A stretch of DNA of 64,000 nt from Octopus sinensis (GCF_006345805.1 NC_042999.1:75826001-75890000), one strand, 5' to 3'. Shown: positions 37,046 to 51,630, numbered from the stretch's first letter. The notes: generated from the sequence alone by a model not told the origin. Numbers and translations: made by a program.

Positions 37046-37639
37046 TGTAGTGATCCTGTACAGCGGCGCGCGCGCGTACCGTCCATTTTCTATTTCGCGC
37101 GTGTTGGTGCCTTCACCAAGGCAGAGAGAAGAAGGGCCCTCTCGCGCATGCGCGAAGCACCGGAAGAAGAACCCTTTTGCCTACGTGGCAGTTAGCCGAG
37201 GCAAGGGGATCGTAGAACGTTTGACCACTAGCAGCAGTCAGCAGCGACTTGAGACATGGCTATCGAAGGTACAACACGTATATTCTCTCTGTCCGAATTT
37301 GATTCTAGCAGCAGCCTTTACCGAAAGCTTTTAACCAAATTGTTGCAGACTACATCATCTTCCTTTCTCCGGAAGCCATCTTTGACAAGTGTCGTTTTGC
37401 ATTTGAACACTTTCTTATTTTACAGCGATAAGGTTCAGCTGAGACACATCTATACCAAAGGGATGCCAGATACACCAATTATCTGTTACCACATAAGAGA
37501 ATAAAGTAGATATATATTATTTACGTTTGCGTCTTGTTTGTTTCTGACGGGTAGAATTCTGGATTATTAAAGCAACGGAAAGTGATTGCTTCTCGCACCC
37601 CCAAAAGGTCCAGAGAAGATATTCACACATTTCGTTACA
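37046..37639 (+). mobile_element. Solo LTR (Gypsy-like) inserted in a family A SINE
   Basis: TGTAGTGA...TCGTTACA termini, 4-bp TSD CTTC (37042-45 and 37640-43) and AATAAA at 37500. The SINE sequence resumes immediately after it. Confidence 0.75.
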
Positions 37640-37928
37640 CTTCTAATGTTACCTCGAGCATTGAGAGTAGATTTGGTAGATGGACACTGAAAGAAGCCTA
37701 TCGTATGTGTGTGTGCGTGTGTTTATATGTGTGTGTTTTCCCCCACAACCACCTGACAAATGGTGTTGGTTTGTTTATGTCCCTGTAACATAGCGGTTCG
37801 GCGAAAGTGACTAATAGAATATGTAGCAGGTTTAAAAACAAAAATATTAGTATTGATGTCCATTCATTCGACTAAAATTTTTCAAGGTGGTACCCTAGTA
37901 TGGCTGCAGTCTAACGGTAAAAAATAAG

Positions 37929-37964
<36 letters not shown>

Positions 37965-38137
37965 ACAGACACACACCTACCTACCTGCAGCATACATACA
38001 AACATTCATGCATACATACATGCATACATACATGCATGCATACATACATACATACATACATACATACATACACATACATACATACATACATACATACATA
38101 CATACATACATACATACACACACATATATACATGTAA

Positions 38138-38555
38138 AGGCGGCAAGCTGGTAGAAACGTTAGCACACCGGGCGAAATGCTTAGTAGTATTTCGTCTGTC
38201 ATTACTTTCTGAGTTCAAATTCGGCCGAGGTCGACTTCGCCTTTCATCCTTTCGGGGTCGATTAAATAAGTACCAGTTACGCACTGGGGTCGATGTTATC
38301 GACTTGATCCGTTTGTCTGTCCTTGTTTGTCCTCTCTGTGTTTAGCCCCTTGTGGGTAGTAAAGAAATAGGTATTTCGTTTGCCGTTATGTTCTGAGTTC
38401 AAATTCCACCGAGGTCGACTTTGCTTTTCATCCTTTCGGGGTCGATAAATTAAGTACCAGTTACGCTCTGGGGTCGATGCAATCGACTTAATCTCTTTGT
38501 CTGTCCTTGTTTATCCCCTCTATGTTTAGCCCCTTGTGGGCAATAAAGAAATAAC
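38138..38555 (+). mobile_element. Two tandem family B SINEs
   Basis: GGCGGCAAGCTGGTAGAAACGTTAGC...TTCTGAGTTCAAATT..GCCGAGGTCGAC...TTTAGCCCCTTGTGGG, repeated. Further copies lie at 44240-44475(-), 48255-48485(-) and 48878-49100(+). Confidence 0.85.
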
Positions 38556-38618
38556 ATACATACACATACATACATACATACATACATACATACATACATA
38601 CATACATACATACATACA

Positions 38619-38651
<33 letters not shown>

Positions 38652-38689
38652 GCATAAATACATACACACATACAATAATAATTCAGCCG

Positions 38690-39935
38690 GATAAGGGAAG
38701 AATGGATCTTGGAACTCTTTGCATTCAGTAAAACAGTGACCCACAATGTGTTTGCAGTACCAGTACACATACCGACATTTGGGCTACTTGATTGGACGCT
38801 TGATGAAATCCGAGCCACTAATGTGAAAACCCGGAAGATACTAACCAGAACAAATAATTTTTACATCAACAGCGACGAGGACTGCCTCTACTTAAGACGA
38901 AAACAAGGAGGCAGAGGTTTAATATCGATCCAGACTACCTTTGAATGTCATATCATATCCCTTCAGCAACATCTTTTAACCACCACATGTCGAAGTGCAT
39001 CCCTTTACCTAGTTTCCACACACGAGGCAGATAACATCATGAGACATAGAAAGCAGGTCCTTGAGCAACTTTCCTTGTCTGATAACCTTGAATACATGCC
39101 CAAAGAAGTTGCACGGCTCTACCGCAACCTATAATAAAATGAAAGGATGAGAGACTATCAACAGAAAGCCGTGATGGATATGTTAGCAGAAAGCCCCGGG
39201 ATGGCAGAAGTATTGATCATCAAAACAGTTTATCATGGACCAACAATCGGATTACTAATCTCACTTTAAATGGTCTGCGTTTGCAATCGAGGAGCAGGAA
39301 ATGTCAACCAAATACTTGATGCACAAAAGGGAAAGAGATGCAGGAAAAGCAGTAAAATGTGACATCCGATACAGATTTTGTGGAGTTAACATCGAAGATA
39401 TCACCCATATCATAAGCAGGCGTCCAAAAATGTCATCCCGGTATAATGTATCGATGAGACTTGATGTGGTAGCCAAGGCACTGTTTAATGAGATCCGCCA
39501 GACCCTGAAATAAGAATGCATAGTATGGTAGAGGCCATAGCCACTCATAATAACGGGGAGTACTGGTGGAATATTCCAGTGAAAACCCCAATAAAATGTA
39601 AACGTAATAGACCTGGCTCAGTGATTTATGACTGAGAAGAGTTGTGGAAATTAGCTGCCCAGCGGATGGTAACATAAAGCTGAAGATTGGTGTAAAAGAG
39701 AAACCTACGCTGAACTATTTAGAAATCCACAGTTACTTTTACCAGATTACAAGTTCAGGTTTATATCTCTAATTATTGGGACACTAGTATATGTAATACA
39801 CTGCCTAAATATGGATCTTGAGAAAATAGGCTCCTCAAAACTAGAAAGGAGAAAACTGATTCGGAAACTACAGATCCAAGCTATTACTGTAACTGTAAAA
39901 ATCTGTAAAACTTTCCAGAAGTTTATCATTTAAAT
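38690..39935 (+). mobile_element. R4/Dong-like RLE non-LTR element, 3' remnant
   Basis: WTLDEIRATNVKTRKIL...CLYLRRKQGGRGL, CCHC remnant (CGVNIEDITHIIS) and a decayed RLE domain. Confidence 0.75.
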
Positions 39936-41534
39936 ATATATGTGCATGTTTAAACATGCATATGTATGCATGAGAATACATACATAAGACAAAACCTAAA
40001 AATCTGTACTATACATACATACATATATACATACATACATGCATGCATGTACACATACATACATACATACATACATACATACATACATACATACATACAT
40101 ACATACATACATACATACATACACACATACATACGTACATATATACATACTATTTTTGTCCTTCAGTGATTTTGCTGTATGTGAAGAAAGATAGCGCACC
40201 GTCAACTACACTCCCTCGACCGTGACCGCCTTGAATCCAGTTGCTTAACCAGGTCAAAATGCCTGAGAATAGAGAAGTATGCTGCAGAAGACCAATGATT
40301 GACCTCATTTTGATCTCTGCACACCACAATGCGTTGCTGCAGCTGCTTTCCTCTCGTTGGACCATGTAGATTACTAGATCTTCTGTGATCCGAAGTTGTA
40401 GTAGCTGTCATTTACCCCAGGTATGGGGTATTTAGCATTTAAGGCGTAGCTATGTGGTAACAAGTTTCATGATGCCAAATTCGGTCCCACTGCGTAGCAG
40501 CTTGGGCTCGTGTCTTCTACTATAGCATCGGACCGACCAAAATCTTTGTGCGTGGATTTGGTCATGGGAAACTGAAAGAAGCCCGTCGGATATATATATA
40601 TATATATATGGCTGTGTGGTAAGTAGCTTGCTTACGAAATGCATGGTTCCGGCACCTTGGCTAAGTGCCTGCCTTCTACTATAGCCTCGGGCCGACCAAA
40701 GCCTTGTGAGTGGATTTGGTAGACGGAAACTGAAAGAAGCCCGTCGTATATATATATATATATATATGTATATATGTAGGTGCGTGTGTGTTTGTGCGTC
40801 TGTGTTTGTCCGCTCACCATTGCTTAACAACCGAAGTTGGTGTGTTTACGTCCCTGTAACTTAGCGGTTCGGCAAACGAGACCGATCGAGTAAGTACAAA
40901 AATAGTCCTGGGGTGCTCCAGCATGGCTGCAGTCAAATGATTGAAGCAAATAAAAGAATATAGTATATATACGTGTGTGTGTGCGTGTGTGTGTGTGTGT
41001 GTGTGTGCGTGCGTGTGTGTGTGTATGTGTGTGTGTGTGTGCGTGCGTGTGTGTGTGTGCGCGCGCGTCTGTGTGTCTTAACCGAAAGCGTAGTAACCGA
41101 AAGTTAGGCATACTCATACTACACTTCCACAAATACTTAATACAGGCTAATTTGATTAAAGGGAAATAATCCAAGCCCAAGGGAAACAACTCTGTAATAT
41201 ACGTTTTGATCGTTCTCTCGCTGGCGGAATTATTGATGTGTTTCAAAATTATATCGCAGTATCATTTCAGCCCTTTATATGTTGAGTTCGAATCCCAACG
41301 ACGTCAATTTCACCTTCCTTCTTATAGTCAGTAAAATAAAGTACTAATCAAGGACTCGATTCGATGTAATTGATTAGCCTCTCTCTTCAAAACAGACTGC
41401 CTGTGCTTGACTTGGAAATTATGCTAGCAGCTACTCACCCATCATATTTTGAATATTTGAAGCCGATTTCAATCGTCCATAATCTCGTGCGCTCCAATTC
41501 TGAGTTCAAATTCCGCTGCCTTCGACTTTGCCTT

Positions 41535-41641
41535 ATTATTGTTGTTGTTGTTGTTGTTGTTGTCGTCGTCGTCGTCGTCGTTGTTGTTGTTGCTACTGCT
41601 GCTGTTGTCGTTGTTGTTATTATTATTATTATTATTATTAA

Positions 41642-41738
<97 letters not shown>
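41535..41738. repeat. (TTG)n(ATT)n(AGT)n compound microsatellite
   Basis: Directly visible. Confidence 0.95.
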
Positions 41739-41739
<1 letters not shown>

Positions 41740-42255
41740 AGAGAGCAGTGCATGTCATCGAAGTGACACTGGGGTAAAATATACGAAGCCCAGTATACCC
41801 ATTATGACTACCCGTCAGATAAGGGTACGCTAGGCACATACATCACAACCATGGTGATCTCATATCAAGATAAACAGCACATGACCTTGCAGGTGGGGCC
41901 CAGTTACAACTTTCTTCAGGTCGAGTAGCTCCCCCTGCACAAAAGGACCCTTATAAGGGTTGTGTTAGGATATTGAACACCCGTGTTTCCAAATGTGAAT
42001 TATCCAAACCCCAAAGAATTCTTAACACATGGCTATGACGCTCCCCCTTTACTTCTGCTCGTGATCAGAGATGCACATATCGTCAGTCTCTAAGGGACAT
42101 GCTCAGCTGGTTAAGATCAAACAACTGACAAGCAAATCTGTGGTATTGAGCAGAATATTTGCTGTAGCCCATCTTTTAAACCAAAACAAAACAATGTACA
42201 TTATAACACTTCCAATCAGTTAAGATGAGAAACCATGAGAGCCACTGCCTTGTAC
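41738..42255 (-). mobile_element. Second copy of the 25882-26450 repeat
   Basis: Reverse-complement homology. Confidence 0.75.
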
Positions 42256-42298
42256 TATGTCAAAAATTTATTTATTTATTATCATTATTATTATTATT

Positions 42299-44660
42299 CG
42301 ATCTGACTCGGGTTTGTTCTTATTTCTGATAGAATTTATGTGGGTAGCGAATACTACTTGTAATCTTAGATATCCACACGATTTCAATAATTTTTCATGT
42401 GCTTAAAACATTTCTGATAATTTTCCCCAGTTCTAAGAGGCAAACCCTCTGTAGAAGCTCTACAAGATATTCTATTCAACCATTTGTCAATATCATCATT
42501 CACAGTTCCCAATACACCAATTATTACTACTACAACCATTACAGTTTTCATATTTCAAATTTTTAGAAGTTCAAATTTTAAGGAATTGTTCTTTTATTTT
42601 TCATCGTCTTTCTTTACAATCCTGGAATCATAGGGACATGACTGATGAATTAGTAAGCAACTTAGTTTTTCCTTGTCTATTATTATGTCTGGTTAATTAT
42701 TTTCTAGCTTCTTATCCGTTTGAATAGGGAAATCCCATAAAATCTTGCATTTCTTCGTCTCAAGAACTCTTTCAACCCGATGATCAAACCAAGTAGTTAC
42801 AGCTTCAAATCCCCCATTTCTGACAAAGCTTCCAGTGTAAAACTTCCACAACTTTGTCATGCCTTCATTTCTTTTATTTTTCCTGAGCTACCTCATTCTG
42901 CAACAATGTGTGCCATTGCTTCATCCCAAATTCCACATACTCTACATATCGCTGGAACCTTCTTCCCTTACACACTTTTTCTGAAGTTGTTTGGTTTTAA
43001 TACTTGATCTTGTGCAACTATAGCGTTCTCTGTTTCTTTTTTTAATTGCCCTTTTTTCAGCCAAACCCAGATTTTCGTTCCGCATACATCCTCAGTGGCT
43101 TTCCAAAACTGACAATGCAAATTTTTCTCTTCTATCTGTTTAACACACTCTCTTTGAATTTCATTCTTGTCTTTTTCTCCTATTCCAAAATATGATCACC
43201 TGCTCCTTATTCACTGACTTCAGTAATTTCTCTGTGCTGTTCTGTAAATATATTAGTAGGGTTTTTCTTTCTATCTGTACATACTCTTCTACAACAATTA
43301 AGCTTTTTCCACTGTGGTCTGTCTTCAAGTACAACATTCGAATGGTGAGCTCCATACATTGCCAACAACTTTCTAGTTTTTCTGTCAAGTTTCTGTATGT
43401 CTCTCGAGATCCAATTAATAATTCCAACTCCATACTTGATTACCGTTACTGCTTTTGCATTTATTGTTTTAATATTTTTTTAAAATTCAACTTTGACTGA
43501 AATATTTTTCTCACTCGCCTTGTATACTCCCTACTGGTAATTTGCTTCATTTCTTTATGTTTTATTTAATCTGCCTCCAGTATTTCCAAATACTTACACC
43601 ACCGTCCTTTCTCAAATGATTTCATTGTTTGCCCATTTGGCATTTCAATTCCCTAGCTACTTTCAAATCTTCTTCCTTTATCTATCAATATAACGCACTT
43701 TTCAATCCCAAATTCCATACCTACATCCTTTGATAAAATGTGATCCATAAAACTGAAATGACTTATCGAACCATATCATTTTCTCAAATCAAAAGCTATT
43801 TTAACTTCTCGTAATATTAAACTGAGCAGTGACATATCCAATACAAGTATTAGAGATTATCTGACACCTTGAAATATACCACGTCCGATGTTCACTTTCT
43901 CAAGTCTTTGTTTTCTTTCTATCAATTCAGTATTTCAATTTTTCATACTTTCATTAACCATTTTCTCCATATTTTCTGCCACCCCAAACATGCTCATTGT
44001 TTTACCTATCCAACTGTGCGGTAATATGTCATATGCTTTTTTGTAATTTAACGATGCTACATTCATTTCCGTCCATCTGCATCTAAAGTTTCTAATTATC
44101 ATTTTATCAACTAATAAATGGTCTTTTATTGCCCTACTTTGCTTCCTGTATACTTTCTGTTCTACTGCTTTCCAGATGATTATACAACTTTTTCGCCAAG
44201 ACACAGGTTGAAAGCTTCCACATAAATAAACACGTTATACCTATTTCTTTACTACCCACAAGGGGCTAAACACAGAGGAGACAAACAAAGACAGACAAAC
44301 GGATTAAGTCGATTACATCGACCCCAGTGCGTAACTGTTCTTAATTTATCGACTCCGAAAGGATGAAAGGCAAAGTCGACCTCCGCGGAATTTGAACTCA
44401 GAACGTAACGGCAGACGAAATATGGCTACGCATTTCGCCCGGCATGCTAACGTTTCTGCCAGCTCGCCGCCTTTAAACACGTTATACCAATCTACATTTC
44501 AAGGTGTCCTCGAGACATAACAACATTCGCTCACTTATCACCCAGTCGTGACGTGATCATGCTGCAGGCAATTAGCCAGGTATGCAACAATCCTTTCATG
44601 CAAATGTGTAAAATTCAGCCAATAACCTTGTGCTCCATCTGGCCAGGTCCTTTCCAATTT
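42299..44660 (-). mobile_element. R4/Dong-like non-LTR element remnant, interrupted by a family B SINE at 44240-44475
   Basis: GPDGAQGYWL, KDHLLVDKMI, NYKKAYDILPHSWI, GMEFGIEKC. The 3' end abuts (TAA)n at 42268-42298. Confidence 0.8.
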
Positions 44661-44921
44661 GCTATTTTTTGTTTGCTTGTTTGTTGGCTGGTTGTTGTCG
44701 TTACTCCTAAAGTGGTTAGCTGGCCCAATTGTTAAACCGCCGGGCAATATGCGTAGCGGCATTTCGTCCGCCTTTAGATTCTGAGTTCAAATTCCGCCGA
44801 GATCAACTTTGCCTTTCATCTTTTCGGTACTAGCCGAGCACTGGAGTCAATGTAACTGACATAACTCCGCCCCCGAAATTACAAGCCTTGTGTCAAAACT
44901 TGAAACCACCACCACCGCCAT

Positions 44922-44968
<47 letters not shown>

Positions 44969-45399
44969 ACTACTACTACTACTATTGCTAAATTTATTGT
45001 CTTGTACGTGCAAGTATGTTTGTGTGTGCGCGTGCGTTTTATGTATGTATGTGTATGTGTGTGAATTCTTTTAATTTTCTTTTACTTATTCCAGTCATTA
45101 GACTACGGCCATGCTGGGATACCGTCTTATACACACGTGCATACGCACACACTTATTCGTACATGGTTGTGTGTGTGTGTGTGTGCGTGTGCGTGCGCAT
45201 GAACACGCATTACATACACAGGTCTATGGCGTGTGATCTAGTGGCTGGAGTGTTGCTTTCACAATCATACGGTTGTGAGTTCAATTTCTGCACCAGTCAA
45301 CGCTGTCTGTCCCTGATCGAGGCCTATAATTTCATGTTGCTTTCGGCTTCTCAGCAGAAAATATGTAACATTCAACTTCAAGCTGCTGAGTTGTAATCC

Positions 45400-46850
45400 A
45401 TTCCAGTCTTTAGCTTTGACATACTCCGCTGGCTGAAGGAAAGATGGTTAAGGTGAAGTGTCTTTCTACTGTCGACTATACAATTAACGAAATGGCAAGT
45501 TTAGTATTGCTATATTAGTAGTGATGTTTTGACAAAGTTATTAAAGTTTTCTATAATTCTTTTTAAATATATTCAAAACGTAGCTGCTCTGTAACTTAAA
45601 TTTGATAGATCTTCGTTTCAGTACAAATTTGAGCCGCGGCGTGAGTGAATGCACCCAACTTCAAGTTATCCAGGATAAATAATCCAAGTTGAAATTCTTT
45701 GTAAAGTTGTTGAATAAGTATTCACTTTAATTTTGAACACTTGTAGGAATCACTTCCTAGAATTTATGATCATTCTGTTATCAAGATCACCAACTCTAGT
45801 CTTTTACTTCTCGAATTCTAGATTTGTTTTAGAAGGAGGGCGTTTGATATCGAACTCGTTAAATTTTTAGGTTACTTTGTCTTCGATACTTCGATAGAAG
45901 TTGTTAACAACGATACTGCACTTCCATTAGAGTTATCCAGTAGCTCTTATATCAGGCTTGAAGGTATTGTGAATGCGTTTAGTTAATACCCTTAGAAGTG
46001 TTAAGCAGCTTGCATTTAGAATTTGATAGAAAATTATATTCGTGGTCCTTAAGATGCAACAAAGTAATCCACACGGACTTCTAACCTCCACAAAGTGTGC
46101 CTTCGCTGCTGCGTTTATTTCGTTGTATGATGTTAGATAGGTGCCTGTTGCATGATGTAATGATCGCTTCACGAATGTTATTTTAATATTTTTATTTTAC
46201 AAGAAAGAATGTGTATTTTATTGATTGAAAGGTTTGTGTGTTTGTTCAAAGTGTTTAGAAAAGGGATGGTGTATTACCAGTGCCAAAATCTTACCTTACC
46301 ATTTAACTACGTCGATCAAAATGTGCCTTCACAGCTGTGTTTATTTTGTATGATGCAGTTAGATAGAAGCCTGTTGCATGAAGTCTCGGTCGAGTCTCCT
46401 TCACTTGCTGAAAGTACTTACTGACATGGCTTCTGCTACTGGAAAGCGATATAACCTGGTCAACAATTCTGACACTTGTAACTGGAAGTAGAATGATTGC
46501 TTCACGTAGTATGATTATTTGAAAGGAAATAATCTAAGATGACATTTCTGTGCTTCTGTTTACTTTGGCAAAAAGGTGTTGTCGTTGTTGTTACGAATAG
46601 TTTAGTGTTGATGCGTTAGGATTCACAACTGTAAAAGACATCAATGTAACGAAACTTTTCTTTGTAAACGATCTAATATATATAACGCTGGCGTTACTAA
46701 TAACATTTGCAGTTGATATAGGGATCGATTTTGGCCAAAAGAGATGTTCGTTTTTAATAGTTTGATACGTACACTGATTTCCAAATTCAAGACATTTGCA
46801 TAAGCAGTCTTTCAGTGTAGCTCTATTGTTAAAATCAATGAGTAGTACAA
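45400..46850 (-). pseudogene. Decayed Penelope-like RT ORF
   Basis: Minus-strand frames give WITLLHLKDHEYNFLSNSKCKLLNTSK (compare PLE FITLKDHKxNFxxNPxCRLINPxK) and FYRSIEDK..KFNEFDIK. The N-terminal LFWPKSIPI resembles the 33506 ORF. Confidence 0.6.
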
Positions 46851-47811
46851 ACACCTATATGCTGACAATTTTATCAAATAAAGGTGCTATGAATAAAGAT
46901 AGATTAACCAAAGAATATTATATCAAAATTAAAGGGAAAACTATTGTAGTCGAAGCTTTCCTCTTATAAAATATTATCCAAAATGCATTTAGAGTAACAG
47001 TACGGTTACAAACATTTACTTCAAAGATATTAAAAGCTGCATGGTTCCTCTCCAGCAGGAAATTTTCTCAGAAACAGCAATATTGGAAGGCGCCACTCGA
47101 ATGGGAGAGACGAGAAACATTCTATATTTCATAAAATGTTGTGAGTTAGTATACTTCGTGTAAACTTTGGAATGATGCTAGCATTAAGTCTACCCTGGGG
47201 TGAATATTGCAAACCTTTGCTATACATATCAGCTCAAACAATATTGGTGAAACATTCCTTGCAAAACTTTATGCAGCCGGAAATATAACGGGTCTAATAT
47301 AATCGAGTAGGGGAGAAAAGAAATTTCATGTTACAGCCATAAAGTTAGCTGCTCTATAGGTATGAATATTTCTTCCAAAACCAATAAGAAAAAGAAAACT
47401 TATAGACAACTGTTTAGAAATCTAGAACTTCTCTTCCCAGATTATAAATTTACGTTTTTATCCGTAATTCTAGCTGCTGCACCCGGTTATGTTAGTAAAC
47501 CCCTTAGAAGCTTGAACAGCTAGCGTATTTCAAGCACAGAAAATGACTAGCTAGCACGCACTTAGCGAATAAAATCTGTAAGCGGAACAAAAAAACTATG
47601 TAAGACGTATCTATGCAGTCAACGTGTAGCAATCATAGTTTTCCTTAGCCAAGTTCTAACGCTGGAGTTTTCTTAGAAAGATATTTTATTCACGGAAACA
47701 ACACACATATTCACAGCCAGAGGTGACAAAAATTGTATGTGCGCGTGTAACCCATATGAGTAAATATATATGCATATATGTGTGTAGTGTAGTTTTGTAT
47801 GTATGTAGATC

Positions 47812-47849
<38 letters not shown>

Positions 47850-48877
47850 TATACATACACACGTACGTTCATACATACATTAATACAAACTCACTACACA
47901 CAAAGACGCGCGCGCACACTCACACGCACGCACGCACAAATATATATGGTTAGATTAGTAATTAAAGCTACACAAAAGCCATGTGAAATTCAGATACCCA
48001 TATTTTTCTTGGTGGAATTTAAAATTCATTTCGTCATTTCTCAAGCTGGTAATGTCAACATGCTGGGTTAGCAATTTCGAATGAAGTGAGGTTTAAAGGT
48101 GCACAGGCGGTTTGAAAACGACGGAGAAAGAGCAAAGATATAATTCACTGAACAGGAAATAGAACCAGGCTCTTGGAGGAACCAGTACGGTAAGAAAACA
48201 GTGGAAAGAGTATTTAAGTGATAGGAGAATTTGAGATATAAATGCGTTATCGTATTTCTTTATTGCCCACAGGGGGCTAAACATAGAGGGGACAAACAAG
48301 GACAGATAAAGGGATTAAGCCGTTTACATCGACCCCAGAACGTAACTGGTATTTAATTTATCGACCCCAAAAAGGATGAGAGGCAAAGTCGACCTCGGCG
48401 GAATTTGAACTCGGAACATAAAGACAGACGAAATACCGCTAGGCATTTCGCTCGGCGTACTAACGTTTCTGCCAACCTGCCGCATCGGTTTAGACGGTTG
48501 CGCACAGAAGTAGTGTATAAGCAAGTAGATTAAATCAATGTGTAAATCGTTGCAGATATGATGGCACAGTATAATATATTCACTGATGGCTGCTCGAGAA
48601 AATCGCAATCAATGTGTAATGATTTGTGATTTAATCTCCAATAAAATATTCTTCGAAAAATGTGGACATAAAACAATATTGTACTCTTGATTTTTATACA
48701 GTCCGTGGAGGTTCGCAGATTCCCCAAAAGTGTAAGTTTTAAAGTGAGCTTGCAGAAAATCTTTTTGATCCGTTCAAAAAGTAGTCTGGTCCACAAAAGA
48801 ATCTTTCAGCTGATATTGTAATTGATGCCTGCATGTCTAGATTAATGCCGAGAGGGTTGTGGAATGTCTCTTCTTAG

Positions 48878-49100
48878 AAGGCGGCGAGCTGACAGAAACG
48901 TTAGCATGCATAGCTGTATTTCGTCTGCCGTTACGTTCTGAGTTCAAATTCCGCCGAGGTCGACTTTGCCTTTCATCCTTTCGGGGTCGATAAATTAAGT
49001 ACCAGTTACGCATTGGGGTCGATGCAATCGACTTAATTCGTTTGTCTGTCCTTGTTTGTCCTCTCTGTGTTTAGCCCCTTGTGGGTAGTAAAGAAATAGG
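48878..49100 (+). mobile_element. SINE family B, full length
   Basis: Matches the 38138 family. Confidence 0.85.
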
Positions 49101-49859
49101 TATGTCTCTTCTTGCAGCACCTAAAGGAAGAAAGATAGTTGTATCTCGATTTAAATTTTCTTTTCACGGATCCTTCTTAATGCCGGTGTTGTAGTTTACC
49201 GCTGCTTGTGCCTAATAATCAACGAAGGATAAATATACACATACATGCGTATGTATACGATATACTTAACTTTGTACATGATGTAATTCTGCTTAAATAT
49301 GTAATGCTTAAATTTATAAGCAGTAACTGGGGTTTATAACATGACATGAGATAACAAATGTAACAAATATTTTGAAACAAATAACAAGCAAATATATTGT
49401 CATATAGCAGGAATAGAAAAATCGTGGTTAAACGGTATTCGTTATTTATGAGAAAAATAATGATTATCTATTGGTAAATTGTAACACTTTATAGCAAGTT
49501 AAAATAATATATACATACATGTCTACCTATATATAGACAAACAGATAGTCTTCGAATGTCGTGTAAGACTCACTCAGACAGCACATGCTAAAAGACAGAA
49601 AAAACAATAAATAGGTAAACCTAGTTCTGAAAAACGAAGAGAGCAACATCCTGCATTTGGCAGTAAGCTCCTGAGGAAACGTTCTCTTCTTTGACGACCT
49701 CCCATCCAACCCCAAGACAGCTGAACTAACTTTTCCTGGATGGGAAATGCTCACAAAAATAAACAGAAAACATCTATGCATAGGCATGTTTTCCAAAGTA
49801 GGCCTGTAACAATAGCGTTTTTAAATGTTGGCATAAGGCCAGCAGTTTCAGGAGAGGAC

Positions 49860-49863
49860 GACA

Positions 49864-49895
<32 letters not shown>

Positions 49896-50364
49896 CACAC
49901 ATACATACATAAACACACACACATACATACATACATACATACATACACACATACATACATTCACACATACATACATACATACACACATACATACATACAT
50001 ACATACATACATACATACATACATACACACACATACATACATACATACACACATACATACATACATACAACATACATGCATACATACATGCATGCATACA
50101 TACATACATACATACATACATACATACATGCATACATACATGCACACACATACATACATACATACATACATACACACATACATGCATACATACATACATA
50201 CATACAACATACATACATACATACATACATACACACATATATACATACATACATACATACAACATACATGCATACATACATGCATACATACATACATACA
50301 TACATACATACATACATACATAATACATACATACATACATACATACATACATACATACATACAT
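49860..50364. repeat. (ATAC)n microsatellite
   Basis: Directly visible. Confidence 0.95.
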
Positions 50365-50565
50365 AGCTCACTCGATCAAATCGACGTTGTTTGAACAGGT
50401 GCACCGTGTGCCACGCGTCAGTTGTCGAAGTGACCGCAGAAAAACGTGAGATGAGGTGCTTTGCTCAAAAACACTACTCACTACCCGGTCTAGGAATTGA
50501 AACCACAATCTCGTGATCGTGAGTCCAACACCCTAACCACTAGGTCATGCGCCCTCATACATACA

Positions 50566-50596
<31 letters not shown>

Positions 50597-51328
50597 GTAT
50601 GTATTTACACACACACACATATATAGATATAAATCATGAGTAAAAAGGATTAATACTTGGGACATACATACATGCACACACACACTCACGTGTATATATT
50701 TTGCAAGAAATTTGGTTACTATTTCTAGCAGATATGAGAGCGCTTAGAGGCTTCCGCACAGGCTCAATCACATTATGAGATATGAGAAGATAATAAATGA
50801 TGTTTTGAAATACCTTACAAAAGCTTACCGCAGATATAATAAAGAGATTTATTTATTTCGAAACTGGAAATTGTAAAATAAGAACAGAAAATAAACAAAC
50901 TACATTTTTTTTTCTCAATGTTCAATTCTATTTTATAATCATATCCCTCATGTTTATCGTATTATAGTGACGATGGATCACGGCGACCATGATGAGTTTC
51001 GTTATGATCATAAAGTCCATTACAATAATGATGGCAGCGCAATGTTGATGATGATGACGACGATAACTACGTTGACGACAATAATGATGGCAGTGATGAA
51101 CATGATGAGGATGATGATGAAATGAAATGAAAATGATCTCAATTATTATCTAACAATTAATAAACTTGATTAAGCTAGAGAGAAAGAGAAAGAAACAGCA
51201 GCCTAGAGAGACTGACAGACAGACAAAGGAAGCGAGAGGAAAAGTTAGAAAGAAAAAGCCAAGAATAAAATTTATAAATATGAGCGGTATTTGTGTCAGT
51301 ACTGAAAGTAGGATTATATAGATGTGAA

Positions 51329-51359
<31 letters not shown>

Positions 51360-51514
51360 GTGCGTGCGTGTGTGTAAACCTTTTAAAGAATAGTGAATCT
51401 CGAAGCATACGTAAAGCTATAAATGTGAAGATTTTGTGAAGATTTTAAGCTTTATTTATATGATATACACACAAATGCACATATTTATGTATGCATGTGT
51501 ATATAAATTTCAAC

Positions 51515-51630
<116 letters not shown>

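Noticed and set aside
42638-42670. CTGATGA as a hammerhead core
   Set aside because: No stem II, GAAA or helix I partner. It lies in the antisense of an R4-like RLE coding region.
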